NCBI GenBank assembly: GCA_041483895.1 | Contig: JBGPGO010000009.1 | Span: forward strand, 1 to 64,000 | Direction: 5' to 3' | Source: Fimbriimonadia bacterium | GTDB lineage: Bacteria; Armatimonadota; Fimbriimonadia; Fimbriimonadales; JABRVX01 | DNA length: 64,000 nucleotides | Shown here: positions 20,553 through 29,641 of the stretch, in pieces | Layout of the letters: each line of letters starts with the position of its first letter | Numbering within the stretch: the first letter of the stretch is position 1 | Notes under the pieces: generated by a model | Told to the model about the DNA's origin: nothing | The model's database searches: none | The model's input: only the letters and a program-made list of their open reading frames with translations | Program-made: the position numbers and the translations under genes

Positions 20553-21917
20553 ATGAACCGATTGGGGAGTTTGCGCGGTCGAGGTTGGCAAGGGGCGTGG
20601 CGGGCGCGGATTGCCGGGACAATAATCGTTGGCGTGTGTATGACCAGTTTCGGGATGGCTCAACCATTAACGACCGTGCGCGTTTCCGTCTCCTCCTCCG
20701 GGGAGCAAGGGAATCTGAAGAGCTCCGTGCCTTCGATCAGCGCGGACGGGCGTTATGTCGCCTTTATTAGTCACGCGACCAACCTGGTCTCCGGCGACAC
20801 GAACGGAGAAGAGGATGTGTTCGTTAATGACCGGATGGCCGGAACCACGGAGCGCGTCTCCGTCTCATCAACCGGGGAGCAAGGGAATTTGAGCAGCGGC
20901 GCGCCTTCGATCAGCGCGGACGGGCGCTATATCGCCTTCATGGGCTTGGCGAACAACCTAGTATCCGGGGACTCGAACGGTGGTTGGGACGTATTCGTTC
21001 GGGATCGGCTGGCCGGATCCACGGAGCGGGTCTCCGTTTCCTCCTCCGGGGACCAAGGGACTTCAAGCAGCTACTATCCTTCCATCAGCGCGGACGGCCG
21101 CTATGTCGCCTTTCAGAGCTACGCGAGCAACCTCATATCCGGGGACACGAACGGCGATGCGGACATCTTCGTTCGGGACCGGCAGGCCGGAACCACGGAG
21201 CGGGTGTCCATCGCCTCCAATGGGAAGCAAGGGAATCAGCACAGCTACTCTCCTTCAATCAGCGGAGACGGTCGGTATGTCGCCTTTGATAGCGCCGCGA
21301 ACACGCTGGTCATGGGGGACTCGGGCGGCTGGCAAGACGTTTTCGTTCGGGACCGGCAGGCGGGAACCACGGAGCGGGTTTCCCTCTCCTCCTCCGGCGT
21401 GCAAGGAAATTGGGACAGCTTTTATCCTTCCATCAGCGCGGACGGGCGCTATGTCGCCTTCGGTAGCTACGCGAGCAACCTCATATCCGGGGACACGAAT
21501 GGCTTTACTGATGTGTTCGTTCGGGACCGGCCGGCCGGAACCACGGAGCGGGTCTCCGTCTCCTCCTCCGAGGCGCAAGGAAATGGAAATTCGGACATCG
21601 AGTACGGCCCTTCGATCAGCGCGGACGGGCGCTATGTCGCCTTTACGAGCTACGCGACCAACCTGGTCGCCGGCGACACGAACGGTACCGATGACGTATT
21701 CGTTCGGGACCGGCAGGCGGGAACCACGGAGCGGGTGTCCGTCTCCTCCTCCTGGGCGCAAGGAAATTTGGACAGCTTCGGGTCTTCGATCAGCGCGGAC
21801 GGGCGCTATGTCGCCTGCATGAGCTACGCGAGCAACCTGGTGGCCGGGGACACGAACGGCGAGATAGACGTATTCGTTCGCAGTCGATTGCTTATTGCCG
21901 TTCCCATGGCGAAATGA
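20553..21917 (+). CDS. Secreted TolB-like/PD40 beta-propeller repeat protein
   Basis: GGAGG RBS; seven tandem ~58-aa repeats (TTERVSVSSSG.QGN..S..PSISADGRYVAF.S.A.NL..GDTNG..DVFVRDR) that are also similar at DNA level. Confidence 0.88.
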   Translation: MNRLGSLRGRGWQGAWRARIAGTIIVGVCMTSFGMAQPLTTVRVSVSSSGEQGNLKSSVPSISADGRYVAFISHATNLVSGDTNGEEDVFVNDRMAGTTERVSVSSTGEQGNLSSGAPSISADGRYIAFMGLANNLVSGDSNGGWDVFVRDRLAGSTERVSVSSSGDQGTSSSYYPSISADGRYVAFQSYASNLISGDTNGDADIFVRDRQAGTTERVSIASNGKQGNQHSYSPSISGDGRYVAFDSAANTLVMGDSGGWQDVFVRDRQAGTTERVSLSSSGVQGNWDSFYPSISADGRYVAFGSYASNLISGDTNGFTDVFVRDRPAGTTERVSVSSSEAQGNGNSDIEYGPSISADGRYVAFTSYATNLVAGDTNGTDDVFVRDRQAGTTERVSVSSSWAQGNLDSFGSSISADGRYVACMSYASNLVAGDTNGEIDVFVRSRLLIAVPMAK

Positions 21918-21956
21918 TGGATGGGAGCGGCGGTCTCATGGGTCGAAGGTCCATTT

Positions 21957-22064
21957 GGCTGCTTACCGGTCACACCCGTGCACTTTGACTTGACCCACGA
22001 CGACAGCCTGCCCGCCATCGCCTCATGGATCGAGGCCCTTCACAGTGCGACTGTGAAGGGATAA
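21957..22064 (+). pseudogene. Copy of the last 108 nt of surE
   Basis: Colinear with 17257-17364; distal ~43 nt identical. Confidence 0.9.
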
Positions 22065-22081
22065 AAACCAAGCCACCATAC

Positions 22082-22135
22082 GCCCTATAGGTCATATAGG
22101 TCCTATACGTCCTATAAGTCCTATGTGTCCGATAA
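22082..22135. repeat. Imperfect 9-bp tandem repeat, 6 units
   Basis: gccctatag gtcatatag gtcctatac gtcctataa gtcctatgt gtccgataa. Confidence 0.8.
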
Positions 22136-22150
22136 TCCCTCCGCGACCAG

Positions 22151-23938
22151 CTACCGCCCCACGGGAACATCCTTGTCCGAGCGCGCCAGCGTAATCCCCT
22201 TCGTCACAAGCCGCACCTTGTCCGCGCCCGGCGCGTGGACCACAAAGTCCTCCGACGACTTCGTCATCGCCACCCGCTTGATAACGTCCCCAGCCTGAAT
22301 CTCAAACGTCAATCGATACGGCTTCTCCAGACTCTGCCGCACAGCAACACGGAGATCGCCATCCGATACCTTCTCGACACTCGTGATCTCCAGCGTCGGG
22401 ATCGCACCAGAATAGATCCACTGATCGAAGAACCAGTCATACTTACCGCCCGTCTCCTTCCGCACCGCCGCCTGGAAATCCGGCCAGTCAGAGACCATCC
22501 CGCGTCGATCCTCGCAGAACCGTTTCATGCATCGGATCATGGCATCTAATCCCATCTCCTCTTGCAGCATCTTGAGCGTGTATGCCCCGCGCATATAGCC
22601 TTCCAATTGCGATCGATTCGAAAGCCCATTGATGGATGACAACGCGTCGCCATATCTGCTGCCGTATCCCATCGCCATCGTGTTATCGCCAGCCTGCTTG
22701 AACAGAATCGAATCCAGATACTGCGCCATGGATTCGTTCCAAATGGAGTGCAGGTAGGAGCAGGGAACGATTCCCCCAAAATATGTGTGCGCGATCTCGT
22801 GAGTCGGCGCCCATGACGTGATATTGGGTGTCAGTACAGTAAAGGAGTATGCTTCCAATCCATAGTACTGCGGACTATCCACTACATAGTAGTGATCGAA
22901 CGGAAACTTGCCCAGCCGATCCTCATAGAATGCCACCGCTCGCTTGCAGTCATCCACAATTTTTTCCGCGCGGGTCTTGTCGACCGCTCCGGGCATCATA
23001 TACGATCGAAACACCCTGCCCCTATCAGAAGTTTCCGCCCCCATCACAAACGGCCCCGCCGTGACGGTCAAGAAGCTAACCGCCAGATCGTTGCGCCACG
23101 TGACCGCATATTCTCTCTCGCTCTTAGCCTCGCTCACCATCTTGCCCTGGCCAATCGCGATCCAGTCGGGCGGCACATGGATGGTCACCTGGTGCTTGAC
23201 CGGTCGCCTGCCGATGGACGGCCACCAATAGGCTGTAAGAAACGCGGCATCCGGTCCCGCCCGCTCTCCCCCTTCGCGCACTTGCCCGGCATACTTCATC
23301 GTCACGCGCGCGTTGGACAGCTCCCCGCGCATCCACAGCAGACTGCCACACCGAACGACGACAGGGCCGGCGGGTATCTGAGGATTCACCGCATCTTCCA
23401 AATCTTGCAGCAGCGCGGCGTCCTTCTCACCGATCCGGACGTTGATGAGTCGATAGGCGGGAGACAGCCGCATCACCAAGCTCTTTCCCTCGCCCTTCAC
23501 CTGAAATTCATCGGAAATATTAACCTGCTGCGTGTCCGGGACGATGCGCATGTCCAGTTTATGCTCATCAACAGTGAAGGGCACAACGACATCCTCCGGC
23601 ACCTCATCGCCCAACACCCATTTCCCGCCGGTTTTGACAATTGGATAGACCCGGTCGCCGTCCGCCTCCGGGGTCTGGGTGTGCCAGATCACCAGCCAGG
23701 CCGCCGCGTCCCCATATCCGGGCGCGGCAGGCATGATGTCGGCGCTCCAGCTCTTCAGGCCTCCAGCTTTGGTCCATGCAGGTGCTTTGCCGGAAGCAAA
23801 CATCGCCGCCAAAGCCTGTGTATTGCCATTCGCCTGGGCCTGGACCGCCTCCTTGGCAAACTGCTGCAGGCTCTTGTCATCGGCGCAAGAGGGGAGGGTT
23901 AGAACCGCGATGAAGAGAAGGTAGCAAACCGGTCGCAT
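22151..23938 (-). CDS. M1-family zinc aminopeptidase, exported
   Basis: YGLE (GAMEN-like), HEIAH-x18-E (WNESMAQY), YMRGA; signal or lipoprotein peptide. Confidence 0.88.
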   Translation of the reverse strand: MRPVCYLLFIAVLTLPSCADDKSLQQFAKEAVQAQANGNTQALAAMFASGKAPAWTKAGGLKSWSADIMPAAPGYGDAAAWLVIWHTQTPEADGDRVYPIVKTGGKWVLGDEVPEDVVVPFTVDEHKLDMRIVPDTQQVNISDEFQVKGEGKSLVMRLSPAYRLINVRIGEKDAALLQDLEDAVNPQIPAGPVVVRCGSLLWMRGELSNARVTMKYAGQVREGGERAGPDAAFLTAYWWPSIGRRPVKHQVTIHVPPDWIAIGQGKMVSEAKSEREYAVTWRNDLAVSFLTVTAGPFVMGAETSDRGRVFRSYMMPGAVDKTRAEKIVDDCKRAVAFYEDRLGKFPFDHYYVVDSPQYYGLEAYSFTVLTPNITSWAPTHEIAHTYFGGIVPCSYLHSIWNESMAQYLDSILFKQAGDNTMAMGYGSRYGDALSSINGLSNRSQLEGYMRGAYTLKMLQEEMGLDAMIRCMKRFCEDRRGMVSDWPDFQAAVRKETGGKYDWFFDQWIYSGAIPTLEITSVEKVSDGDLRVAVRQSLEKPYRLTFEIQAGDVIKRVAMTKSSEDFVVHAPGADKVRLVTKGITLARSDKDVPVGR

Positions 23939-23953
23939 GACCGGATTTTAGCA

Positions 23954-24925
23954 CTACCGCGCCATCATCTCCACCAACGCCAGCCGGCCGGGATCGATCG
24001 ACTTCGATCCGGAGATAACAACGTCCATCGGATGAGTGACCAATTCATCGCCCGAAACGCCCACCATCTCGTTCGACCACCCCGCTATGAGCTGATCGGC
24101 GGCGTGGCATCCCAGTCGAAGGGCCAGGACCCGGTCGAAGGCGGTCGGCGAGCCACCCCGCTGCATGTGTCCCAAGACAACATTCCGCAGCTCAAATCCC
24201 GTCAGCTTGGTAAGCATCTCTCCCACGTCATGCGCATGTGCCGCGCCTTCCGCCACCACAATGATGCAGCTCTTTTTCCCCAATCCGTAACCGCGCGACA
24301 GTTGCTCCGAGATGGCAAATAGGTCGTAAGGAACCTCAGGAATCAGCACCGCCTCCGCGCCTCCCGCCAGCGCAGCCTCCAAGGCGATGAAGCCGTTCGC
24401 GCGCCCCATCACCTCAACGATAAAAATCCGCTCGTGGGAATAGGCGGTGTCTCGCAGCTTGTCGATGGCGTCTACTGCCGTGTTAACCGCCGTATCGAAG
24501 CCGATGGAATAGTCGCTGCCGGGGATATCGTTGTCGATGGAAGCCGGAATGCCAACGCAAGGGATGCCGTGGTCCTCTTCCAGAATTTTAGCCCCAGATA
24601 GCGAACCGTCCCCGCCGATTACGATAAGGCCCTCCACACCCGCCTCTCGCAGAACGGAAGCGGCCCGCGCGCGACCCCCCTCAGTTCGGAATTCGGAGCT
24701 TCGCGCGGAACGTAGAATGGTGCCGCCAAGGTTCAGCATCCCACCGACGCTGCGGCTCGTAAGCGGAACTACCTCGCCGGTCAAAATGCCCTCGTATCCA
24801 TGCAGGAATCCCGTCACCTGGACGTCCCGCGCCAGCGCGGTGCGGACGACGCCACGCACCGCGGCGTTCATGCCGGGTGCGTCGCCGCCGCTTGTAATGA
24901 CTGCTATATGCTTCCGTACGGCCAT
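23954..24925 (-). CDS. pfkA: ATP-dependent 6-phosphofructokinase
   Basis: TSGGDAPGMNA, IGGDGS, PASIDND, EVMGR, LGHMQRGG. Confidence 0.97.
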   Translation of the reverse strand: MAVRKHIAVITSGGDAPGMNAAVRGVVRTALARDVQVTGFLHGYEGILTGEVVPLTSRSVGGMLNLGGTILRSARSSEFRTEGGRARAASVLREAGVEGLIVIGGDGSLSGAKILEEDHGIPCVGIPASIDNDIPGSDYSIGFDTAVNTAVDAIDKLRDTAYSHERIFIVEVMGRANGFIALEAALAGGAEAVLIPEVPYDLFAISEQLSRGYGLGKKSCIIVVAEGAAHAHDVGEMLTKLTGFELRNVVLGHMQRGGSPTAFDRVLALRLGCHAADQLIAGWSNEMVGVSGDELVTHPMDVVISGSKSIDPGRLALVEMMAR

Positions 24926-24940
24926 AATGGAATTGGTCTA

Positions 24941-26047
24941 ATGGATATTGTCAGTGAAAACTCGGTAAACACCACCCCGGACGTGTCCGGACCGGCCATG
25001 AGCGATACGGTCTTTCGCCGATTGCTCCGTCGTCTGGGACCCGGCAGTATTGCGGTCATCGATCTGCCCGACTTCGATGAATGGACCGCCGACCAGCTCT
25101 TGGCGCGCGGGATCGCGGCGGTCGTGAATACGTCGGAGAGCGTCACAGGCCGATCCCCGGTTGCCGGGGTGTCGTTCCTGCTCGAAAATGGGGTCCAGGT
25201 GCTCGATCGGGTGGGCGAGGAGCTGATGGACGAGCTCCAACAAGGGGAGATTCTTTCTATCAGTGGTGATTCCGCCTCGCTTCGCGGTGGAGTTCAGGTG
25301 AAGGGCGTACGGATGACCACGGAATTGGCGGAAGGTCGCTTGTTGCTAGCCCAGAAGTACCTTGGGCAGGAGCTTGCCAACCTTGCCACCGCCGTCGCGG
25401 ATCGAACCTCCGGGGAATGGGCCTATTTTTTTCAATCGCTACGGAATCCAGACGTTGAGCGCCGAATTCGGGGCAAGATTGCGATTGTAATTCGCCCCAG
25501 CAAGGAGGCCGTTTCAGAGCTTCGGTCGCTGCGCCGTCTGCTGCATCGGGCCGTAATCCTGGCATCGGAAAAGGGCCGGGAGGCGGCCGCGCGCGTCGGA
25601 ATAACGCCACAATTTCTTGTAGGCCGGTCGGAGAATCTCACCGAGCAGGACCTGGCCTGCGGCTCGATTATCGTGCTGGTGACCGATCCGGGCGTGGAGC
25701 CGGAGGCATTGGAGCGGTGCAGGCGATTGGGAATCGAGGCCCACGTATTGGAATGGCCCGGACCGGCGGATGAAGCGGCGCTGGCATTGGCGGCGGATTC
25801 CGGCGCTAGGCTCGTTTTGCAGGTCGGGGCGGCAGAGGGAATACCCGAGCTGGTGCGCCGCGGCGACGGGGCCATTGGCGCGGCAATCCTTACCCGCCTT
25901 CGATTGGGGGATCGGGTAATGGACGCGGCGACCCATCGTCGGCTGAAGCCGCCGCTGGAGGTCCCACTTTGGGTATATGCCGGACTGGCGGTCATAGGCG
26001 TTGGCCTGGTATGGTTGATCGTCAGGGCACTTTTGAACCGCGGATAG
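24941..26047 (+). CDS. SteA-like membrane-anchored protein (thiamine-pyrophosphokinase-like fold)
   Basis: RRLGPGSIAVID..D.D...A..L...GIAAVVN...S.TGR.P..G...L...G..VLD.VG N-terminus, LTRLRLGDR..DA motif, C-terminal TM helix. Start uncertain. Confidence 0.7.
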   Translation: MDIVSENSVNTTPDVSGPAMSDTVFRRLLRRLGPGSIAVIDLPDFDEWTADQLLARGIAAVVNTSESVTGRSPVAGVSFLLENGVQVLDRVGEELMDELQQGEILSISGDSASLRGGVQVKGVRMTTELAEGRLLLAQKYLGQELANLATAVADRTSGEWAYFFQSLRNPDVERRIRGKIAIVIRPSKEAVSELRSLRRLLHRAVILASEKGREAAARVGITPQFLVGRSENLTEQDLACGSIIVLVTDPGVEPEALERCRRLGIEAHVLEWPGPADEAALALAADSGARLVLQVGAAEGIPELVRRGDGAIGAAILTRLRLGDRVMDAATHRRLKPPLEVPLWVYAGLAVIGVGLVWLIVRALLNRG

Positions 26048-26087
26048 CGTTATGCAAAACAGAAAGCATTCAATTGGAGGACAAACG

Positions 26088-26609
26088 ATGAAGCGAGCGA
26101 TCATAACTGTTGCCGCGATTGCCGTGGCAGCGGTCGCCTTCAGCCAGCAGGGGTATGAGGCGAAGCTGCTAGCAGTCGGCCACATGGCGCCGGCGATCAA
26201 AGCCAAGACGCACGACGGAAACGCGTTCGATCTATCGAAGATCATCGGTGACACGAAGCCGAAGGCCGTGCTGGTAAACTTCTGGTTCAGCACCTGCCCG
26301 CCGTGCAACGCGGAGATACCCAAGCTGGAAGAGATGTATGGAAAGTACAAGGATAACGGATTGCTGATCGTAGGCATCAACGGCTTTGAACCGGCAAACA
26401 CGGTCGCGGACTTCGTTAAGAATAAGGGAATAACTTATCCGGTGCTCTTGAACTCTACGCCGACGGGTGGGCTTGCCAAGGCTTTCGGTGTGCTTGCCTA
26501 TCCGACCAATTATGTATTGGACGGGACCGGAAAGATCGTCGCGCGTTTCGTCGGGTTCGATGAGGCGCAATTGGATAAGGCGCTCGCAAAGCTCGGAGTC
26601 ACAAAATAA
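26088..26609 (+). CDS. TlpA/ResA-family thiol-disulfide oxidoreductase (exported, CPPC)
   Basis: GGAGG RBS, signal peptide, LVNFWFSTCPPCNAEIP, YPTNYVLD. Confidence 0.92.
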   Translation: MKRAIITVAAIAVAAVAFSQQGYEAKLLAVGHMAPAIKAKTHDGNAFDLSKIIGDTKPKAVLVNFWFSTCPPCNAEIPKLEEMYGKYKDNGLLIVGINGFEPANTVADFVKNKGITYPVLLNSTPTGGLAKAFGVLAYPTNYVLDGTGKIVARFVGFDEAQLDKALAKLGVTK

Positions 26610-26616
26610 GGGGGAC

Positions 26617-27123
26617 ATGATTGTGAATTTGAAACGAATTGCGGGTCTCGCCACTGGTCTACTAGTCGCGGGATCCGTTTTGGCACAGTTGCCTGCCGTC
26701 GGCGCCAAGGCCCCGGCTATCAAGCTGAAGACGCCGGACGGCAAGGCCTACGACGTGCTGGCGAAGGCGAAGACCGCGAAGGCCACGCTCGTTGTCTTTT
26801 GGTTCTCCACCTGAGGGGGCTGCATTGCGGAGGTTCCGCAATTGAACGAGCTATACAAGAAGTACTCCAAGAAGGGCCTGCAGCTTGTCGGCGTAAACCT
26901 GAACGACACCATCCCCGACGTAAAGAAGTTCGCCAAAGATCACAGCGTCAAGTATCCGCTGATCGGCAATCGCAAGGACACCGCCCCCGTCATGAAGGCC
27001 TACTCCGTTACCGGGGCGCCCACGTCGTTTGTGATCGACAAGAACGGCAAAGTCGTCGCCAGCTTTGTCGGAGACGACGAAGCGGGTGTGAAAGCGGCGC
27101 TAAAAAAACTAGGCATCACGTAA
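26617..27123 (+). CDS. TlpA-family selenoprotein (UGA66 = Sec, UxxC motif), exported
   Basis: Two same-frame ORF halves separated only by TGA 26812-26814. Read-through gives VFWFST-U-GGC-IAEVPQL, aligning with WFST-C-PPC of the upstream paralogue. Confidence 0.85.
26812..26844 (+). promoter_or_regulatory. Candidate bacterial SECIS element
   Basis: Stem ATTGCGGA/TCCGCAAT (26824-26831/26835-26842) with GGT apical loop, starting 9 nt after the UGA. Confidence 0.7.
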
Positions 27124-27543
27124 TGCTGCCTTCCAGGCGGCATTGATCGCTACCCGGTAGCTGCGGGTCCGCATGCCGATATCCGACTGACTGCCGACAC
27201 CTACGGCCCGAGGAGGAGCAGCAACGTAACGCCGGCAGGATTCCAGCGCTCCCCCGTCGGATAGATTCCATCGAGCCCGGCGCCTATGCCACAGTGATCC
27301 TCAACAACTCCCTGCAGGTTGTACGCGTCATCCGGGGGCTCTAGCATGATACAGACGATCACAACTTCCGACGTTTGCTTGCTTTGATAGTTCAATTGCG
27401 GGGCGCAACGACAATATCGCCTCCTTGTACATAGAAATAAGGACAGACAACCCAAAGCGCTACGGCCCAAAATCGTCTAGAACTGTGGTCGGGGAGCCGG
27501 GAACATGGCTGCCCGGCTCGCCGACCGGAACCGGGGAGCGGTG

Positions 27544-28893
27544 ATGGAATACGGCATTCGATATGTAGACCGCGCGGAAGCAGGAGTGCGGCTGGCCGAG
27601 CGGCTGATTCACACCAAAAAGGACGACCCCATCATATTGGCCCTGCCTCGCGGCGGCGTACCCGTCGCATACGAGGTGGCCCTTGCCCTGAACGCCCCGC
27701 TGGATATCATCGCGGTCAAGAAAATCGGAGCGCCTTCGCAACCGGAGTTGGGAATCGGCGCAATCGCCGAGGGCGGAGTTCGGGTAATCGACGAGTACCT
27801 GATCAGCCAGTTCGGCATCTCCACCGAAGAGATGCAGATACTGATCAAGCGCGAGACGGCAGAGGTGGAGCGCCGGGCAGAGGCCTACCGGCAGAACCGG
27901 CGGCCGCTGGAACTGGCGGGCCGGACCGTGATCATCGTGGACGACGGGTTGGCGACGGGCATCACCGCCCGCGCCGCCATCAAGGCCGTTCGTGCGCGGC
28001 ATCCCGATCAGATCATCTTCGCGGCTCCCGTCTGCGCGCCCTCGACCGCCAAGAACCTGAAAAAGGAGTTGGACGAAGTCGTCTGTCGGATCGCGCCGGA
28101 GGACTTCAACGCGGTCGGTCTGTGGTATGAAAATTTCGGACAAGTAGGAGACAAGGAGGTCATCGATCTTCTCCGCCGAGCGGCCGAGGGATTCCCGGGT
28201 GACGAGACCCCGACCTCCGTTCACATTCCTGTCGGCGTGGTGGTGTTGGAAGGAGAGCTGGCGGTCCCCGCCAATCCACGCGGAATCGTGCTGTTTGCTC
28301 ATGGAAGTGGGAGCAGCCGGCACAGTCCGCGGAACCTTCATGTCGCGCAGGTCCTGCGAGAGGCCGGATTGTCGACTCTGCTCTTCGACCTGCTGACCGC
28401 GGAAGAGGAGCAGGCGGATCGGTTGACCCCCGAGCACCGGTTCGACATCCGGCTTCTCGCCGATCGCTTGCTTGCCGCAACCGACTGGGCACGCCGCAAT
28501 GAGGTGACGAGCCGACTCCCGGTCGGCTACTTTGGGGCAAGCACGGGGGCGGCGGCCGCGTTGGTCGCCGCCTCCGAACGGCCGGAAGCCGTCACGGCAG
28601 TCGTTTCGCGGGGTGGCCGCCCGGATCTTGCGGGCGATGCGTTGGAATTCGTGCACGCGCCGACGCTGTTGATTGTAGGCGGCGACGACGCGGTGGTGAT
28701 CGAATTGAATAGGGAGGCGCTGCGGCTCATCGGGGCATCGGACAAACGGATCGAAATCGTTCCGGGCGCGACGCATCTGTTTGAAGAACCAGGAACATTG
28801 GAGGAAGTGGCTCGACTAGCAGCCGATTGGTTCGCGAAACACATGGGCGAACCGGCCACGAAGAAAGAGCCGGCTGGAGCTGGAAGGAGGTAG
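27544..28893 (+). CDS. Phosphoribosyltransferase fused to dienelactone-hydrolase-like alpha/beta hydrolase
   Basis: LALPRGGVPVA, IIVDDGLATG (PRPP loop); FAHGSGSSRHSPRN, GYFGASTG, ATHLFEEPG. Confidence 0.9.
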   Translation: MEYGIRYVDRAEAGVRLAERLIHTKKDDPIILALPRGGVPVAYEVALALNAPLDIIAVKKIGAPSQPELGIGAIAEGGVRVIDEYLISQFGISTEEMQILIKRETAEVERRAEAYRQNRRPLELAGRTVIIVDDGLATGITARAAIKAVRARHPDQIIFAAPVCAPSTAKNLKKELDEVVCRIAPEDFNAVGLWYENFGQVGDKEVIDLLRRAAEGFPGDETPTSVHIPVGVVVLEGELAVPANPRGIVLFAHGSGSSRHSPRNLHVAQVLREAGLSTLLFDLLTAEEEQADRLTPEHRFDIRLLADRLLAATDWARRNEVTSRLPVGYFGASTGAAAALVAASERPEAVTAVVSRGGRPDLAGDALEFVHAPTLLIVGGDDAVVIELNREALRLIGASDKRIEIVPGATHLFEEPGTLEEVARLAADWFAKHMGEPATKKEPAGAGRR

Positions 28894-28895
28894 AG

Positions 28896-29207
28896 ATGCA
28901 AACCTATATTATGCTGACGAGGATTGCCCCCGCCGCGATGCGGGGTCCGGAATCGTTGCTGGAGCTTGAGCGAGAGACTGTGCGACGCATCGAAGCGGAA
29001 TGCCCGGACGCGCAGTGGGTCGGGAGCTACGCCGTCCTTGGTCCGTACGATTATCTGGACATCTTTCGCGCGCCGGACGCATCAGTAGCGACGAAGGTGT
29101 CGTTGCTCGTTCGGACCGTGGGTCACGCGACCACTGAGATGTGGACGGCGACCGAGTGGCCGAGATTCACGGAGCTGATCGCAGGCATGAAGCTCGCCCG
29201 GAGTTAG
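28896..29207 (+). CDS. GYD-domain protein
   Basis: YAVLGPYDYLDIFRAPD...TTE.W.A motif; GGAGG RBS. Confidence 0.85.
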   Translation: MQTYIMLTRIAPAAMRGPESLLELERETVRRIEAECPDAQWVGSYAVLGPYDYLDIFRAPDASVATKVSLLVRTVGHATTEMWTATEWPRFTELIAGMKLARS

Positions 29208-29209
29208 GG

Positions 29210-29626
29210 ATGGCCAGATACGAACACTTCGACCACGACGCCGACATCGGCGTCGTGGGTCGGGGCGGAACCATGGCGGAGGCATTCGAACAGGCTGCCC
29301 TCGGCATGACCGCCGTCATCACAGATCCGTCGCTCGTGGAGCCCAAGGCGACGGTGACCATCGAATGCGAAGCGCCGGATTCCGAGACATTGCTGTACGA
29401 ATTCCTCAATCGTGTCGTCTTTGAAATGGCGACGCGACACATGTTGTTCCGGGGTTTCTCCGTCGAACTGATGGAAGGCCGCCTGCATGCGTTGGCCCGC
29501 GGAGAAAAAGTAGATCGAATTCGCCATGAACCGGCAGTCGAGATCAAGGGCGCGACGTACACAAGCCTGATCGTTAAACAAGAGCGAGATGGGAGTTGGC
29601 GCGCGCAATGCGTTGTCGACGTATAG
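29210..29626 (+). CDS. Archease
   Basis: YEHFDHDADIG, EIKGATY, C-terminal VVDV. Confidence 0.93.
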   Translation: MARYEHFDHDADIGVVGRGGTMAEAFEQAALGMTAVITDPSLVEPKATVTIECEAPDSETLLYEFLNRVVFEMATRHMLFRGFSVELMEGRLHALARGEKVDRIRHEPAVEIKGATYTSLIVKQERDGSWRAQCVVDV

Positions 29627-29641
29627 CAGGGAGCGATACAC

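Noticed and set aside
20640..21890. Regularly spaced DNA repeats as a CRISPR array
   Set aside because: Period is about 174 bp and in-frame within a propeller CDS; no unique spacers and no cas genes.
27124..27540. Short ORFs between the selenoprotein and PRTase genes
   Set aside because: No RBS or recognisable motif; possibly a gene remnant but not supportable.
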